NCBI GenBank assembly: GCA_943354165.1
Contig: CALRBH010000002.1
Location: forward strand, 5,734 to 69,733
Source of the DNA: Candidatus Uhrbacteria bacterium RIFOXYB12_FULL_58_10
GTDB taxonomy: Bacteria > Patescibacteriota > Patescibacteriia > UBA9934 > GWF2-40-263
Length of the DNA: 64,000 nucleotides
Reading direction: 5' to 3'
The notes under the pieces are model-generated. The model was given only the letters and a program-made list of their open reading frames with translations, did no database searches and was not told the origin of the DNA. Position numbers and translations under genes: made by a program. Shown in pieces: positions 7,795 through 17,657 of this stretch (positions within the stretch are counted from its first letter, which is position 1; each line of letters starts with the position of its first letter).

Positions 7795-10419
7795 TCAGGA
7801 TGACGCCGTGAGCGGCGTCATCTCCCCCCAATTCTCCCCCACCTCCACCTCCACCGTCAACGGCACCTCGTAACTCGCCGCCCCCTCCATCAACTCCTTC
7901 ATCCCTTTCGCAACTGCCGCCACCACATTCGCATCACACTCGACGACGAGTTCGTCGTGCACAGACAGGATCAGTTTTGCGTCCCAGCCGCTGCGCTTGA
8001 GCCAGCCGTCTACAGCGATCATCGCAAGCTTGATTACGTCCGCCTGTGTCCCTTGCACCGGCATGTTGATCGCCATACGTTCGGCCTGCGCGACGAGCAT
8101 CGGGACGCCAGACGAAATCTCGGGGAAGTGTCGGCGGCGCCCGTAAAGTGTCGTGACGAATCCTTCCGCATGCGCCTTTGCGATCGTTTCATCCATGTAG
8201 AGCCGCATCGCGTGGTGGATCTGGAAGTATTTTTCGATGAACACCTTCGCTTCATCGACACTCATCTTCGTTGATCGCGCGAGTGCACGCGGACCCATCC
8301 CATACATGATGCCGAAGTTGATCGCCTTCGCGGCACGGCGCTGATCTGGCGTCACTTCAGATTCCGTTGTGCCGAACATTTCTGCGGCGGTACGCGTATG
8401 AATATCCACCCCATCTTTGAACGCGCGGAGAAAAGGTTCATCTTTCGCAATGACCGCCCCTAATCGAAGTTCGATCTGCGAATAGTCTGCGGCGACGAAG
8501 CGCTTTCCTTTGCTTGCGACGAACGCTTTGCGAATTTCATTTCCAAGATCCGTTTTAATAGGAATGTTCTGCAAATTTGGATCGATCGACGATAAGCGTC
8601 CCGTCGCCGCAACCGTCTGCGCGTACGTCGTATGAATACGTCCATCCTTTGCGATCAGCTTCGGCAGTGCGTCCGCGTACGTCGACTTCAGCTTCGACAG
8701 TTCGCGATACTCCCCGATCTTTTCGATGATGGGATGCGCACCCTCGAGCTTCTCAAGTTCTGGCGCGGCCGTGGAATATCCCGTCTGCGTTTTTTTGATT
8801 CCTTTCGTCGGCAGGGCGAGCTTCTCAAAAAGAATCGTCGCAAGCTGCGAAGGCGAGTTCACGTTGAACATCTCACCGGATACGCCCTGGATTTCACGAT
8901 CGAGTTCCTCAACACGCGTCCCAAGTTTCTTCGCGAACGCGTCGAGCGCTTTCCCGTCGACTTCGACGCCAGTCTTTTCCATGCCATAGAGCACGGGAAT
9001 GAGCGGCATCTCAATCGTGCGATAGACCGACTCTGTTCCCGTCGCGACCAATTCCTTATTCGCCGCTTCAAGCAATGAAGGGAAGAGAGCGCACGCCGTT
9101 CCAAGTTCACGCAACTCCAGTTCGGTCACGAATGACTTAGGGAGAGGAGTCTCGAGTTCATGTGAGCGTTTCTCGGCATGTAGGATGTAGTCGATCAACA
9201 TGAGGTCATCGACTTTCTCTCCAAACTCCCAGCCCGTAATGTGCATCAGAGCCTTTAAATCGTGGGCAATAACGCGTGATGCGCGGGTCAGACGTTCAAA
9301 GATGAGTTTCCGAACCGCTTCCGTCGGCTGAACGATCACGCCGGTACGCGTCCCATCGGAAAGAGCGATCGCACCAACCGTTGTTCCGAATAAATCCGGG
9401 GCCTGCATGCCGAGAAGAACACCGATGTCTCCGTCCAGTTCACGAAGAAACTTTGAGACGGCCGCTTCGTCTTTCAACATCGACATGGCCGTAGCCTTCG
9501 ACGTTCCCTTCGAGACGATCGGCGGGGCAGGGACGCCAGGATTCTTGTCCGCATGCTTTTTCAAGAGCGAGCGAAACTCATAGTTCCGCCAGAGCATGAA
9601 AAGTTTTTCCCAATCCGGTTCCGGGAGCTTCGTTGTTTTGAAATCAAACTCGAGCGGAACGTCGAGACGCACCGTAACGAGTTCGCGCATGAGCTCTGCG
9701 GTCGCTTCGTGACCCGTGAGCTTCTTTGCATACTTCGCTGGAATGTCGCCGCGCTTTAACGCGGCGAAAATCTCTGGAAGCGTTCCAAATTGTTGAAGAA
9801 GTTCCGTCGCCGTCTTTTCCCCAATGCCCGGAATGCCCGGCAAATTATCTGACGGATCGCCGCGCATGGTTTTGAAATCGATGAGCTGAACCGGATCGAG
9901 CCCATAGCGTTCCTTCACCGCCGCGATGTCATAGGTCTTGGTTTCACTCATGCCTTTTACGAAAGACACGACCTTCACATCCTCGTTTACAAGCTGCAAG
10001 GCATCCATATCACCCGTCACAATCAACGTTTCCATCCCCGCTTTCGTAGCCTCGTGCGCCATCGTTCCAATAATGTCATCCGCCTCAAACCCAACGGCTT
10101 CGATCGAGGGGATTCCGTAAAGCTTCAACATGTCCTGAATGAGAGGAATCTGATCGTAAAGCTCCTGCGCCTTCTTTTCGCGGTGTGCCTTGTATGCCTC
10201 GTACTTTTCGTGACGGAACGTGTCCCCCGGAAGGTCCCAGGCAACGGCCATGGAATCGGGTTTCAGCTGGGGAATCATCTTTTCAAGCACGTTTGCAAAG
10301 CCGTAAACGGCGTTCACAACCAGCCCTTCCGCAGTGGCGAGCGGGGGAATAGCGTGCCAGGCGCGATGGAGGAGTGCATTGCCATCCAGGACGACGAAGG
10401 TTTTTTTGGAGGGGTTCAT
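7795..10419 (-). CDS. polA: DNA polymerase I
   Basis: 874-aa ORF with 5'-3' exonuclease N-terminus (VLDGNALLHRAWHA), 3'-5' exo-like middle region, and polymerase motifs (DYSQIELR, SVHDELV). Confidence 0.95.
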   Translation of the reverse strand: MNPSKKTFVVLDGNALLHRAWHAIPPLATAEGLVVNAVYGFANVLEKMIPQLKPDSMAVAWDLPGDTFRHEKYEAYKAHREKKAQELYDQIPLIQDMLKLYGIPSIEAVGFEADDIIGTMAHEATKAGMETLIVTGDMDALQLVNEDVKVVSFVKGMSETKTYDIAAVKERYGLDPVQLIDFKTMRGDPSDNLPGIPGIGEKTATELLQQFGTLPEIFAALKRGDIPAKYAKKLTGHEATAELMRELVTVRLDVPLEFDFKTTKLPEPDWEKLFMLWRNYEFRSLLKKHADKNPGVPAPPIVSKGTSKATAMSMLKDEAAVSKFLRELDGDIGVLLGMQAPDLFGTTVGAIALSDGTRTGVIVQPTEAVRKLIFERLTRASRVIAHDLKALMHITGWEFGEKVDDLMLIDYILHAEKRSHELETPLPKSFVTELELRELGTACALFPSLLEAANKELVATGTESVYRTIEMPLIPVLYGMEKTGVEVDGKALDAFAKKLGTRVEELDREIQGVSGEMFNVNSPSQLATILFEKLALPTKGIKKTQTGYSTAAPELEKLEGAHPIIEKIGEYRELSKLKSTYADALPKLIAKDGRIHTTYAQTVAATGRLSSIDPNLQNIPIKTDLGNEIRKAFVASKGKRFVAADYSQIELRLGAVIAKDEPFLRAFKDGVDIHTRTAAEMFGTTESEVTPDQRRAAKAINFGIMYGMGPRALARSTKMSVDEAKVFIEKYFQIHHAMRLYMDETIAKAHAEGFVTTLYGRRRHFPEISSGVPMLVAQAERMAINMPVQGTQADVIKLAMIAVDGWLKRSGWDAKLILSVHDELVVECDANVVAAVAKGMKELMEGAASYEVPLTVEVEVGENWGEMTPLTASS

Positions 10420-10508
10420 GTAGCAGAAATGTAGCGTAATTGAGCGAAAAAGAAAACGCCCAGGCTTGAGGCCTGGGCAATAAACGAGCGTCGATCCGCG
10501 ACAAACCC

Positions 10509-11456
10509 TCAGAGGGTGTGTTTATGGATATCCTTGTAAAGAACCTGCATCTCGGGAGGGAGGGCGCTCGGCAACAAATGCCGGTAGCCGTCCCCGTCCA
10601 CGATCGTAACGCCAGAGGGACCAATCGCACTCGGAACCCACGGGGCCGTCACCTTCACCTTTTTGCCGTGTGCACACAGGGAAGCTCGATGCCCCTTGCG
10701 ATACAGACGGTGTGCCTGAAGGGAGAAGGACGACACAGCCGCGTTGATCGGAGACCTGGTCCCGATGAGAAACGTCCCATCTCGCCAAGGTTCGCTCACG
10801 AGGAACATGGTGGACTTCAGATCCGTCAGCTTCTGCCATCCCATGGGCGAGTTTTCCAGCGTGTGATTGCGCACATGCTGGATAGAGGTTCCGTAGATGA
10901 GCTGCGTGTCGCGCTGAAACACGATCACGGTCTCATTCACGATCACGACCATTGGCGCAGACCACTCGTTCTCCGTCATGTGCGTGAGCTGCGGGTTGGG
11001 CAGGTCGATCCATCGATGTTTGTTCCCACAGAGGGCGAACAGACCTTTGCGCGCTTCGGACCCGGCGAACTGACGGGTCGAACGTCCGAACTCGTCACCT
11101 TTCAACCGGCCGTCAGGATCGAGCAGACCGTCGCAAAGGGCGGCGGCCACCTTATGAAACGCACACCGAGACTCGGCGAACGCCATGTCCGCGATGAGCA
11201 CATGCAGATCAGGCGCAGACAGGTCCGTGCTCACCTGCGTCACGGCAAGCGCGTTCTGCAGCAACTCCGTTGAGACCTTGTCGTTCCACGCCCGGTGCCA
11301 GGCTTCAGAAACCTTATGGGGTTCAAAGCCGAGCCTAAACGCATAGCGGTCCTTAGGCACAATACTGAACGCCGCAAGCGCGCTCGCAGCGCCGTGTGAA
11401 TTGAGCATGGCTGGAACATGTTCCAGACTTGTATTGGTAACCTGCTTGAGATTCAC
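10509..11456 (-). CDS. hypothetical protein (GC-rich)
   Basis: 315-aa ORF with coding-like composition and no recognisable domain. The opposite strand carries long antisense ORFs typical of high GC. Confidence 0.5.
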   Translation of the reverse strand: MNLKQVTNTSLEHVPAMLNSHGAASALAAFSIVPKDRYAFRLGFEPHKVSEAWHRAWNDKVSTELLQNALAVTQVSTDLSAPDLHVLIADMAFAESRCAFHKVAAALCDGLLDPDGRLKGDEFGRSTRQFAGSEARKGLFALCGNKHRWIDLPNPQLTHMTENEWSAPMVVIVNETVIVFQRDTQLIYGTSIQHVRNHTLENSPMGWQKLTDLKSTMFLVSEPWRDGTFLIGTRSPINAAVSSFSLQAHRLYRKGHRASLCAHGKKVKVTAPWVPSAIGPSGVTIVDGDGYRHLLPSALPPEMQVLYKDIHKHTL

Positions 11457-11625
11457 GATAGCTCCCGTACTTGGAAAGAGAACGCTCTGGTTTTACCCAG
11501 ACCTGCCAACGGCAAGTGCGCCGAAGGATACTCGAGAATGAGTGATGGGTCAAGGGTCACGGAAAATAAAACACGCAGTCCCGAGAGGGACTGCGTGAGG
11601 AAGCGACGGGCGTGTCCCGAATGCT

Positions 11626-12948
11626 TCAGGCGGTGTTCTGCGAGTAGGTCTCGACGAACGGCTTCATGTCAGCCGCTATGCTGTCGAACGAGTGCAGGCC
11701 AACGTTGCCATCCTTGATCGCAAGCACGGTCTGGGCGACCGGGTTCACGCGGGCGATGGCACCGATCTTCGAGGGGATCGAGGAGGCCTCGATCTTGAAG
11801 GTCGGGGTCGCGATGTCCTTGGTGGTCTTCACGATCACCGAGAACGGCACGAGCTGCATCTTCTTGTTCTTGTCCACGTAGGACACGTAGCTCTTCTCGC
11901 CCTGCAGGGAAGTCTCGAGGAGGTTAATGTCCGCGATGGTCCCGGGGATCTCCGCCGACTTCTCCCAGGACAACGCGAGGCCGCCGGGGGTGAGGAAGGA
12001 GTTAATCTGCTTGGGCGTGATGCCGTACAGGTGGGTGCCGCCCACCTTGGCCTGGATGAAGACGCCGTTGACGATGGTCTGGCGGGTCTCCTCGTCGGTC
12101 GTCTCGGTGAGATGACCAAATCGTTGCTCGTTGTTCCACACGAAGATGTTGCGCTTGCCCGAGGGTGTAAGCAGCAGCATCGTGCGCGTCTGGTCTTGAA
12201 TGACGCCGGAGACGTAGCCGTCGCCATTGAACACCGAGCTGAAGAAGCTGCGAGCGATCACGTTCATCTTCTCGTCGATCACCTTGGCACCGGTGTAGGT
12301 GATGACCTTCACTGTGCCGTCGATGGACGTCGCGAGGTTGAACCAGTTGAACTTCTGGTTCAGCGCCATGGACTGGGCCGCGGCGTAAATGTTCTCGAAC
12401 GTCTCGCCCTCAAGGCTCATCGCCTCGAGGTTTTCGAAGCCCTTCAAGAAGGCCACGGCGGCGCGGGTGTTCTTTGTCGACGGCGTGAAGCCGTAGGCCG
12501 CGATCGTGCCCTTGCTTGCGATGTTCTTCCGGATGAAAGCGTCGACTGCCTTCTTGTCGCCGACGTAGAGCTGGAGCTCTTTGCCGCTCAACTGGTCGAT
12601 GATGGTCTCGTGCTGCGGCTGGCTCGCGAGCATCTTGCTCGGCGAGATCGTCGCAGCACTCGATCGCGTCGGGTTGCTGGATACAGTCTTGGTCTGGAAC
12701 TGGCCGGACTTGGCCATCTTCTTCAACTGCTCCGGCAGTGCTCCGTAGAAGACCGGGATCAAGGTGTTGGCAGTGACGGTCATGCCAACGATAATCTTCT
12801 GCGTGGTCTTGCTCTGCTGCAGCTTGGTGGACAACTGTCCCCACGGGACCATGACCTGCAAATTGCGGGAGAGCGTGCTGGAGGGATTGCGATTGTGACG
12901 CGACATGTTGCTTCTGCCTTTGCCCATTGCTGGGCGTTCAAGTTTCAC
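11626..12948 (-). CDS. hypothetical protein (GC-rich)
   Basis: 440-aa ORF with no recognisable motif. Start ambiguous (three in-frame Met within the first 15 codons). Confidence 0.5.
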   Translation of the reverse strand: MKLERPAMGKGRSNMSRHNRNPSSTLSRNLQVMVPWGQLSTKLQQSKTTQKIIVGMTVTANTLIPVFYGALPEQLKKMAKSGQFQTKTVSSNPTRSSAATISPSKMLASQPQHETIIDQLSGKELQLYVGDKKAVDAFIRKNIASKGTIAAYGFTPSTKNTRAAVAFLKGFENLEAMSLEGETFENIYAAAQSMALNQKFNWFNLATSIDGTVKVITYTGAKVIDEKMNVIARSFFSSVFNGDGYVSGVIQDQTRTMLLLTPSGKRNIFVWNNEQRFGHLTETTDEETRQTIVNGVFIQAKVGGTHLYGITPKQINSFLTPGGLALSWEKSAEIPGTIADINLLETSLQGEKSYVSYVDKNKKMQLVPFSVIVKTTKDIATPTFKIEASSIPSKIGAIARVNPVAQTVLAIKDGNVGLHSFDSIAADMKPFVETYSQNTA

Positions 12949-13095
12949 TCAGGACAAAGTATCTCTTGAGAAAATTTCTTTTGAGTTGTCCAAAGTGCGG
13001 AATCGCCTCCTCCAGTCACCATGACTTTTGAGACGGTAGCGCGGATACTATATGAGTTTTGAAAACACGTCAAGCAATCTGTTTTGAAAAATAGA

Positions 13096-13125
13096 AAACC
13101 CGCTAAGAATAGCGGGTTTTCTTCC
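13096..13125 (-). terminator. intrinsic terminator (cccgct-aagaat-agcggg with flanking A/T runs)
   Basis: Hairpin with T-run on the minus strand just 3' of 13134..14135. Confidence 0.55.
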
Positions 13126-13133
13126 TAATCATC

Positions 13134-14135
13134 TTATGGCTGTAGTGCCTCATCGACACTTCCATTCACGGAAATTTCGATATCGGACACGGTCGGGAAC
13201 TGTGCGAGCGTGTGCTCGATCTGTGCTCGTGCCGACCCCACGCGGCAGGAACCAGCGATGGTGGCGATACTGCCGGTGAAGTCTACTCGAGCCACTCCCT
13301 CATTAATGGAAAGCGAGATAATTTCCGTATAAGGAGGAATGGACGAGAAGTATCCGAGTTTTTTCTCCTCCGGAGTGGGCTCATCGAGCAACTTCATGAT
13401 TGCGGCGCGACCAACCGCGGAGGTCTTTGCGATCGTGCGTGTAACAGGGAACACCGCCGTACAATCCTTCAGCGATCCCTTCTTGCTGTTTGGATAGTAA
13501 GCCTGCACGGTAGTGGTCTCCACCGTAAGCATCTGAAGTGGAATGGAAACAAGGTTTTCTTCCTTGCCGTCCTTGGCAGAATAGTTGAACACCTCAAGGG
13601 AGATGCCTGGATCCGTTACTGCAGGAAGGACGATTTCAATCCGGAACGGTCCGAAATGCCCGGAATCCGTCGCATGGGTAAATGCATGTCCACTCGCCAC
13701 TTTCAAACCAGCCGCATCTTTAATCCTCCAGGCAAACTGCTGCTCAAACACGCGCCCAAAGCCGAATACGACAAGCGGGCTAGTCACAATGGAACCAGGA
13801 AGCGGGGAAGTGACCTGCAAGGCCGGCCCCTCGACAGAGACGATCGTCACAGGAGTTACCTCGCGCGTAGAGAACTCACGAACTCCGTCTATACGCACCA
13901 AGGATCCAATCGCTGGCACGGAAATGTCTCCAGAAAAACGGAGGGACTCGATGGATCCGTCAGGCAATCCGAGCTCGGCCGTATGCGCGGAAGGATCTAT
14001 GGAATCAATAACCCCAAACAAGCCTGAAACCAATGCGGAAGTAGGAATCACCTCTTCCTTGCCTGGAGTACGATAAAAACAGCCCATTCCTATGAGGGCA
14101 AGCGACGCGAGAATAATAGCGAGTTCTTTCTTCAT
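13134..14135 (-). CDS. lipoprotein with Gmad2-like Ig domain and C-terminal GerMN domain
   Basis: Start at MKKELAIILASLALIGMGC (lipobox). The C-terminal third resembles a GerMN module (YFSSIPPYTEIISLSINEGVARVDFTGS). The longer upstream extension in the track is probably not translated. Confidence 0.65.
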   Translation of the reverse strand: MKKELAIILASLALIGMGCFYRTPGKEEVIPTSALVSGLFGVIDSIDPSAHTAELGLPDGSIESLRFSGDISVPAIGSLVRIDGVREFSTREVTPVTIVSVEGPALQVTSPLPGSIVTSPLVVFGFGRVFEQQFAWRIKDAAGLKVASGHAFTHATDSGHFGPFRIEIVLPAVTDPGISLEVFNYSAKDGKEENLVSIPLQMLTVETTTVQAYYPNSKKGSLKDCTAVFPVTRTIAKTSAVGRAAIMKLLDEPTPEEKKLGYFSSIPPYTEIISLSINEGVARVDFTGSIATIAGSCRVGSARAQIEHTLAQFPTVSDIEISVNGSVDEALQP

Positions 14136-14178
14136 ACAGTCTGGCGGTAGAGTAACAGAGCGTGGAATGATGTAAAGT

Positions 14179-14895
14179 GTGCATACTATGACCCTATTTT
14201 TCCTTGCCATCGCCGCTGGCGCCCTCACCATCCTCGCCCCCTGCATTCTCCCGATCCTCCCCATCGTCCTCTCCGTCGGTTCAGGATCGTCAAAATGGCG
14301 TCCGCTGTTCGTCGTCATCGGCTTCATCCTCTCCTTTTCCATCCTTGGGGCGTTCTTCACGACCGCCGGGAACTTCCTTGGTGTGAGTAATGCGACATTT
14401 CGATGGATCGCTGTCGTTCTACTCATCCTGTTCGGCCTCGCCCTATTGTTCGAAGGCGTGTATCAGCGTCTCATATCGAAGTTCTCGGGCTTGATGTCTT
14501 CGGCAGGTACGGTCGTTGCTTCAAGCGGGAGCGGAAAGAGCCAAATCGTATCCGGGCTCCTTGTCGGTCTTTCCCTCGGCCTCGTCTGGACTCCATGCGC
14601 CGGCCCAATTCTTGGAACGATTATTACACTCGCCGTAACGAACGGAGATACGATCACAACAGGACTCCTCTTCGCCGCCTATGCCCTCGGCGCCGGTATC
14701 CCCATGCTCGGCATCGCCTACGGTGGCTCATGGGTCTTCACGAAATTAAAAATCGTCGGGACTCGTGCCATCCTCCTCGATAAAATTTTCGGAGTACTTG
14801 TGATCCTCACGGCACTTGCCATCGCGACAGGTATCGATCTCCAAATCCAAGCGTATCTTATCCAGTGGTATCCATCCGGTATCCTGATGCTGTAA
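14179..14895 (+). CDS. ccdA: cytochrome c-type biogenesis / thiol-disulfide transporter CcdA (DsbD family)
   Basis: Polytopic membrane protein with the two signature cysteines (LAPCILP and WTPCAGP). Confidence 0.85.
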   Translation: MHTMTLFFLAIAAGALTILAPCILPILPIVLSVGSGSSKWRPLFVVIGFILSFSILGAFFTTAGNFLGVSNATFRWIAVVLLILFGLALLFEGVYQRLISKFSGLMSSAGTVVASSGSGKSQIVSGLLVGLSLGLVWTPCAGPILGTIITLAVTNGDTITTGLLFAAYALGAGIPMLGIAYGGSWVFTKLKIVGTRAILLDKIFGVLVILTALAIATGIDLQIQAYLIQWYPSGILML

Positions 14896-14903
14896 TTAAT
14901 TTT

Positions 14904-16004
14904 ATGACACGCACACGCGCAACAATTACTGGCGTTATCTTCGGCGCTCTTCTCCTGATCGGTGCATTCATTGTCCAGCAGCGTCTTGGAGCTCAGATGG
15001 AGATCCCGAGTGCAAAACAACTTCTCAAATCTCAGCCCATGATACCGACAACCGACCTCCCGAAGCTCGGATCCATGCCGTCATTCGACGCCAACGGTCT
15101 GTGGATCAACGGATCTCCACGCACGGAAGCAGATCTTAGGGGAAAAGTCATTTTGGTGGATTTCTGGACCTATTCCTGTATTAATTGCATACGGACGTTT
15201 CCATACCTGAAGGACTGGTGGAACAAATACAAGCAGTACGACTATGTACAGATTGGCGTACACACCCCGGAGTTCGAATTTGAAAAAGAAGAAAAAAATG
15301 TTCGCCGCGCCGTGAGTGACTTTGGTCTTACCTACCCAATCATCACAGACAACGAATTCGTCACCTGGAAGAACTACACAAATCGGTTCTGGCCAGCTAC
15401 GTACATCTTCGATAAAGAAGGCCAGCTCCGCTACACACATTTTGGAGAAGGAAATTACGACCACACGGAAAAAGTGATTCAGGAACTGCTCGGGGTAACC
15501 GCACCACTCTCAACCGGTGAACAGCAGGACTTCGCGCAGATCAAAACCCCAGAGACCTACTTCGGCTACGGCCGTGCCGATCGTCTCGCAAGTCCAGAGA
15601 CGATTCTTCGAAACGCATCGAGAGCCTACTCGTTCCCCGTAGAGCTCCCCCTCAACCTATGGGCCCTGGAAGGGGACTGGATGATTGAAAAAGAATCGGT
15701 GCAATTTATGGGAGGAACAGGAAAATTCCGTTTCCATTACAGTGCAGGGGACGTCTTGCTTGTCATGGACACCGCTGATCGACACCAGTCATTCCCAACC
15801 GTTACGGTCGATGGAAAACCTGTCCCGGCAGATTCCTTGGGAAAGGATGTTCAAACCGCGGAAGATGGCCACACCTACTTTGAAATCGAATATCCAAAAG
15901 GTGTCTCACTGGTAAGCGGGCCTGCAGGGGATCATATCCTCGAACTCACCGTCAATCGACCAGGCGTAAAGATTTTCGCCATTACGTTCGGCGCAAAAAA
16001 ATAA
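14904..16004 (+). CDS. membrane-anchored thioredoxin-like (TlpA/ResA/DipZ C-terminal-like) protein
   Basis: N-terminal TM helix, redoxin CxxC (WTYSCINC), long C-terminal extension. Together with ccdA resembles a split DipZ. Confidence 0.75.
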   Translation: MTRTRATITGVIFGALLLIGAFIVQQRLGAQMEIPSAKQLLKSQPMIPTTDLPKLGSMPSFDANGLWINGSPRTEADLRGKVILVDFWTYSCINCIRTFPYLKDWWNKYKQYDYVQIGVHTPEFEFEKEEKNVRRAVSDFGLTYPIITDNEFVTWKNYTNRFWPATYIFDKEGQLRYTHFGEGNYDHTEKVIQELLGVTAPLSTGEQQDFAQIKTPETYFGYGRADRLASPETILRNASRAYSFPVELPLNLWALEGDWMIEKESVQFMGGTGKFRFHYSAGDVLLVMDTADRHQSFPTVTVDGKPVPADSLGKDVQTAEDGHTYFEIEYPKGVSLVSGPAGDHILELTVNRPGVKIFAITFGAKK

Positions 16005-16014
16005 CGGCAGAAAA

Positions 16015-16048
16015 ACAAAAACACCCTCCACACTGGAGGGTGTTTTTG
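16015..16048 (+). terminator. intrinsic terminator (aaaaacaccctcc-acact-ggagggtgttttt)
   Basis: Perfect 8-bp stem plus T-run. A near-duplicate is at 16729..16760. Confidence 0.7.
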
Positions 16049-16107
16049 ATGGGGTGCGCTGTGCGAAATTGTTAGAACCGTCATTCTTATCACGTCAAAG
16101 AAATTCA

Positions 16108-16136
16108 TTGACACGCGTTCATAAAGAAGATATATT
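16108..16136 (+). promoter_or_regulatory. sigma70-like promoter TTGACA-N17-TATATT
   Basis: Read directly, 20 nt upstream of the RHH gene. Confidence 0.55.
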
Positions 16137-16156
16137 GTTAATAACATTTCATATTT

Positions 16157-16447
16157 ATGTCTTCCACAACCACCATCATGTCCGTGTCGCTCCCGACCGC
16201 CCTCACCAAGGCAATCAATGCGCTTGCGGTGAGCACGCATCAGAATCGCAGCGAACTGGTCCGGTCGGCACTACGTGAATACATTATCGACGCCACTGAG
16301 GAACGAGAACGATTTGTGAAAGCCTATAAGACGGCGCGAAAAATGCCACTTGTAGAACTTAAGGGGCACGAGGTTAGGAGGGAGGTTGCGGCACAAGCAA
16401 AAAAGGCAAAACATACGAAAAAGTCTGAACTGGTGAATTTGCGTTAG
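16157..16447 (+). CDS. ribbon-helix-helix (CopG/RHH) antitoxin
   Basis: MSVSLPTALTKAINALAVSTHQNRSELVRSALREYI is a typical RHH fold. Basic C-terminal tail. Confidence 0.65.
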   Translation: MSSTTTIMSVSLPTALTKAINALAVSTHQNRSELVRSALREYIIDATEERERFVKAYKTARKMPLVELKGHEVRREVAAQAKKAKHTKKSELVNLR

Positions 16448-16450
16448 GCT

Positions 16451-16708
16451 ATGCCACCTGTTCACCAGATTTTAGAACAAAAAGAAATCCCGTCCTATCT
16501 GGAAGATCGCGGCCTCCTCAACCAGTACCTAAAGGCTAAACGATATTTGCTGGCTGGAAATACCCTGCAGGTAAAGTTTAAAGAACGAAATCCACAGGGA
16601 AGCGGAATATGGTATTTCCGCATAAACAGACAATTTCGTGCGCTCGGCGTTTTTAACGCAGATGGAGATCTTATTATTTTCAAGATCGACAACCATCAAT
16701 CAAAATAA
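16451..16708 (+). CDS. RelE/ParE-superfamily toxin
   Basis: 85 aa. C-terminal WYFRINRQFRALGVFNADGDLIIFKIDNHQ resembles the RelE/YoeB-type core. 3 nt after the RHH gene. Confidence 0.55.
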   Translation: MPPVHQILEQKEIPSYLEDRGLLNQYLKAKRYLLAGNTLQVKFKERNPQGSGIWYFRINRQFRALGVFNADGDLIIFKIDNHQSK

Positions 16709-16728
16709 GTGAATAGCAAAAACACCTT

Positions 16729-16760
16729 CCGAAACGGAGGGTGTTTTTGATAGTCCCACT
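16729..16760 (+). terminator. intrinsic terminator (aaaaacaccttcc-gaaac-ggagggtgttttt)
   Basis: Near-duplicate of 16015..16048. Confidence 0.65.
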
Positions 16761-16817
16761 TCGTCTGAGAACTTCGTCAGGGATCCATCCCCAACGTAGC
16801 CAGCAGGCGAAGTGGGA

Positions 16818-16893
16818 TGGGGTGCCTAAAGGGAATCGAACCCTCGTAGCCGGGACCACAACCCGGTGCACTAACCACTGTGCTATAGGCACC
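16818..16893 (-). tRNA. tRNA-His(GTG) with encoded G-1
   Basis: The reverse complement is GGTGCCTA-TA-GCAC-AGTGGTTA-GTGC-A-CCGGG-TTGTGGT-CCCGG-CTAC-GAGGG-TTCGATT-CCCTT-TAGGCAC-C-CCA. Anticodon GTG. Extra 5' G pairs with C73. Confidence 0.85.
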
Positions 16894-16965
16894 ATGGGCG
16901 GGAATGTATCACGCGATGACGGGTAAATCAAGGGTAAGAAGAGAGCCGACCCACAGAGGGTCGGC

Positions 16966-17517
16966 TTAGGGAGTAGCTTTGCGAACTTCAATCTTAAGGG
17001 GAAGTTGATACTCAGAAGCAATCAGATGTAGTTCAGTAAAGCTACGTTCGAGATGAGCACGACTCACGGAAATTTCTGTCTGCGTTTCTCTTACCACTTC
17101 CACACACTTGTCACGGATACCCGTTAACCTAGGTTCGGCGGCCGTCCCTCCTGGCAAATCAACAGAAGGATCTTCTTCGTTTAATAAAACGGCCAGATCC
17201 TCGAGTCGAATCGCTTCTTGCACCATCTCGTCGCGCACCGACTTAAGACGGGCTTGAGCGGCTAGCGTCACCTCCACGGACAACGGACGATCAGACTGAT
17301 TGCGCAGATTGAACGCTTCCGTCATGTTTTTTTCGACTTCGATGGCAAGACGACGGACATCCCTTCCTGCTTGGGTATAGGCCTTTACCTGTGTATCACG
17401 CACACGAGCGAGATCACGCGGGGACGCTACACCCTGACAGGGACCGGAGTCTTTATACAGAATGGGATTAGTACGGGCGCAGGCCGTACACGAAAGGAAC
17501 ACAAAGAAATACCGCAT
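16966..17517 (-). CDS. hypothetical lipoprotein
   Basis: Start at MRYFFVFLSCTAC (lipobox-like). Otherwise no recognisable domain. Confidence 0.45.
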   Translation of the reverse strand: MRYFFVFLSCTACARTNPILYKDSGPCQGVASPRDLARVRDTQVKAYTQAGRDVRRLAIEVEKNMTEAFNLRNQSDRPLSVEVTLAAQARLKSVRDEMVQEAIRLEDLAVLLNEEDPSVDLPGGTAAEPRLTGIRDKCVEVVRETQTEISVSRAHLERSFTELHLIASEYQLPLKIEVRKATP

Positions 17518-17580
17518 GGAGACCTCTTGAACGGCCACTTCAAACGAAAAACACCATACCGTCAAGGCATGATGTCTTTA

Positions 17581-17657
17581 TGGTGTCCCGGGAGGGACTC
17601 GAACCCCCAACCTAGAGATTAGAACTCTCCCGCTCTATCCAGTTGAGCTACCGGGAC
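17581..17657 (-). tRNA. tRNA-Arg(TCT)
   Basis: The reverse complement gives a 77-nt cloverleaf: GTCCCGG-TA-GCTC-AACTGGATA-GAGC-G-GGAGA-GTTCTAA-TCTCT-AGGTT-GGGGG-TTCGAGT-CCCTC-CCGGGAC-A-CCA. Confidence 0.85.

Noticed and set aside
11692-12969. 425-aa plus-strand ORF (plus 11835..12227, 12410..12844 minus-strand ORFs)
   Set aside because: Antisense or alternate-frame products of the 11626..12948 gene. Arg/Gly/Asp-rich, no start context.
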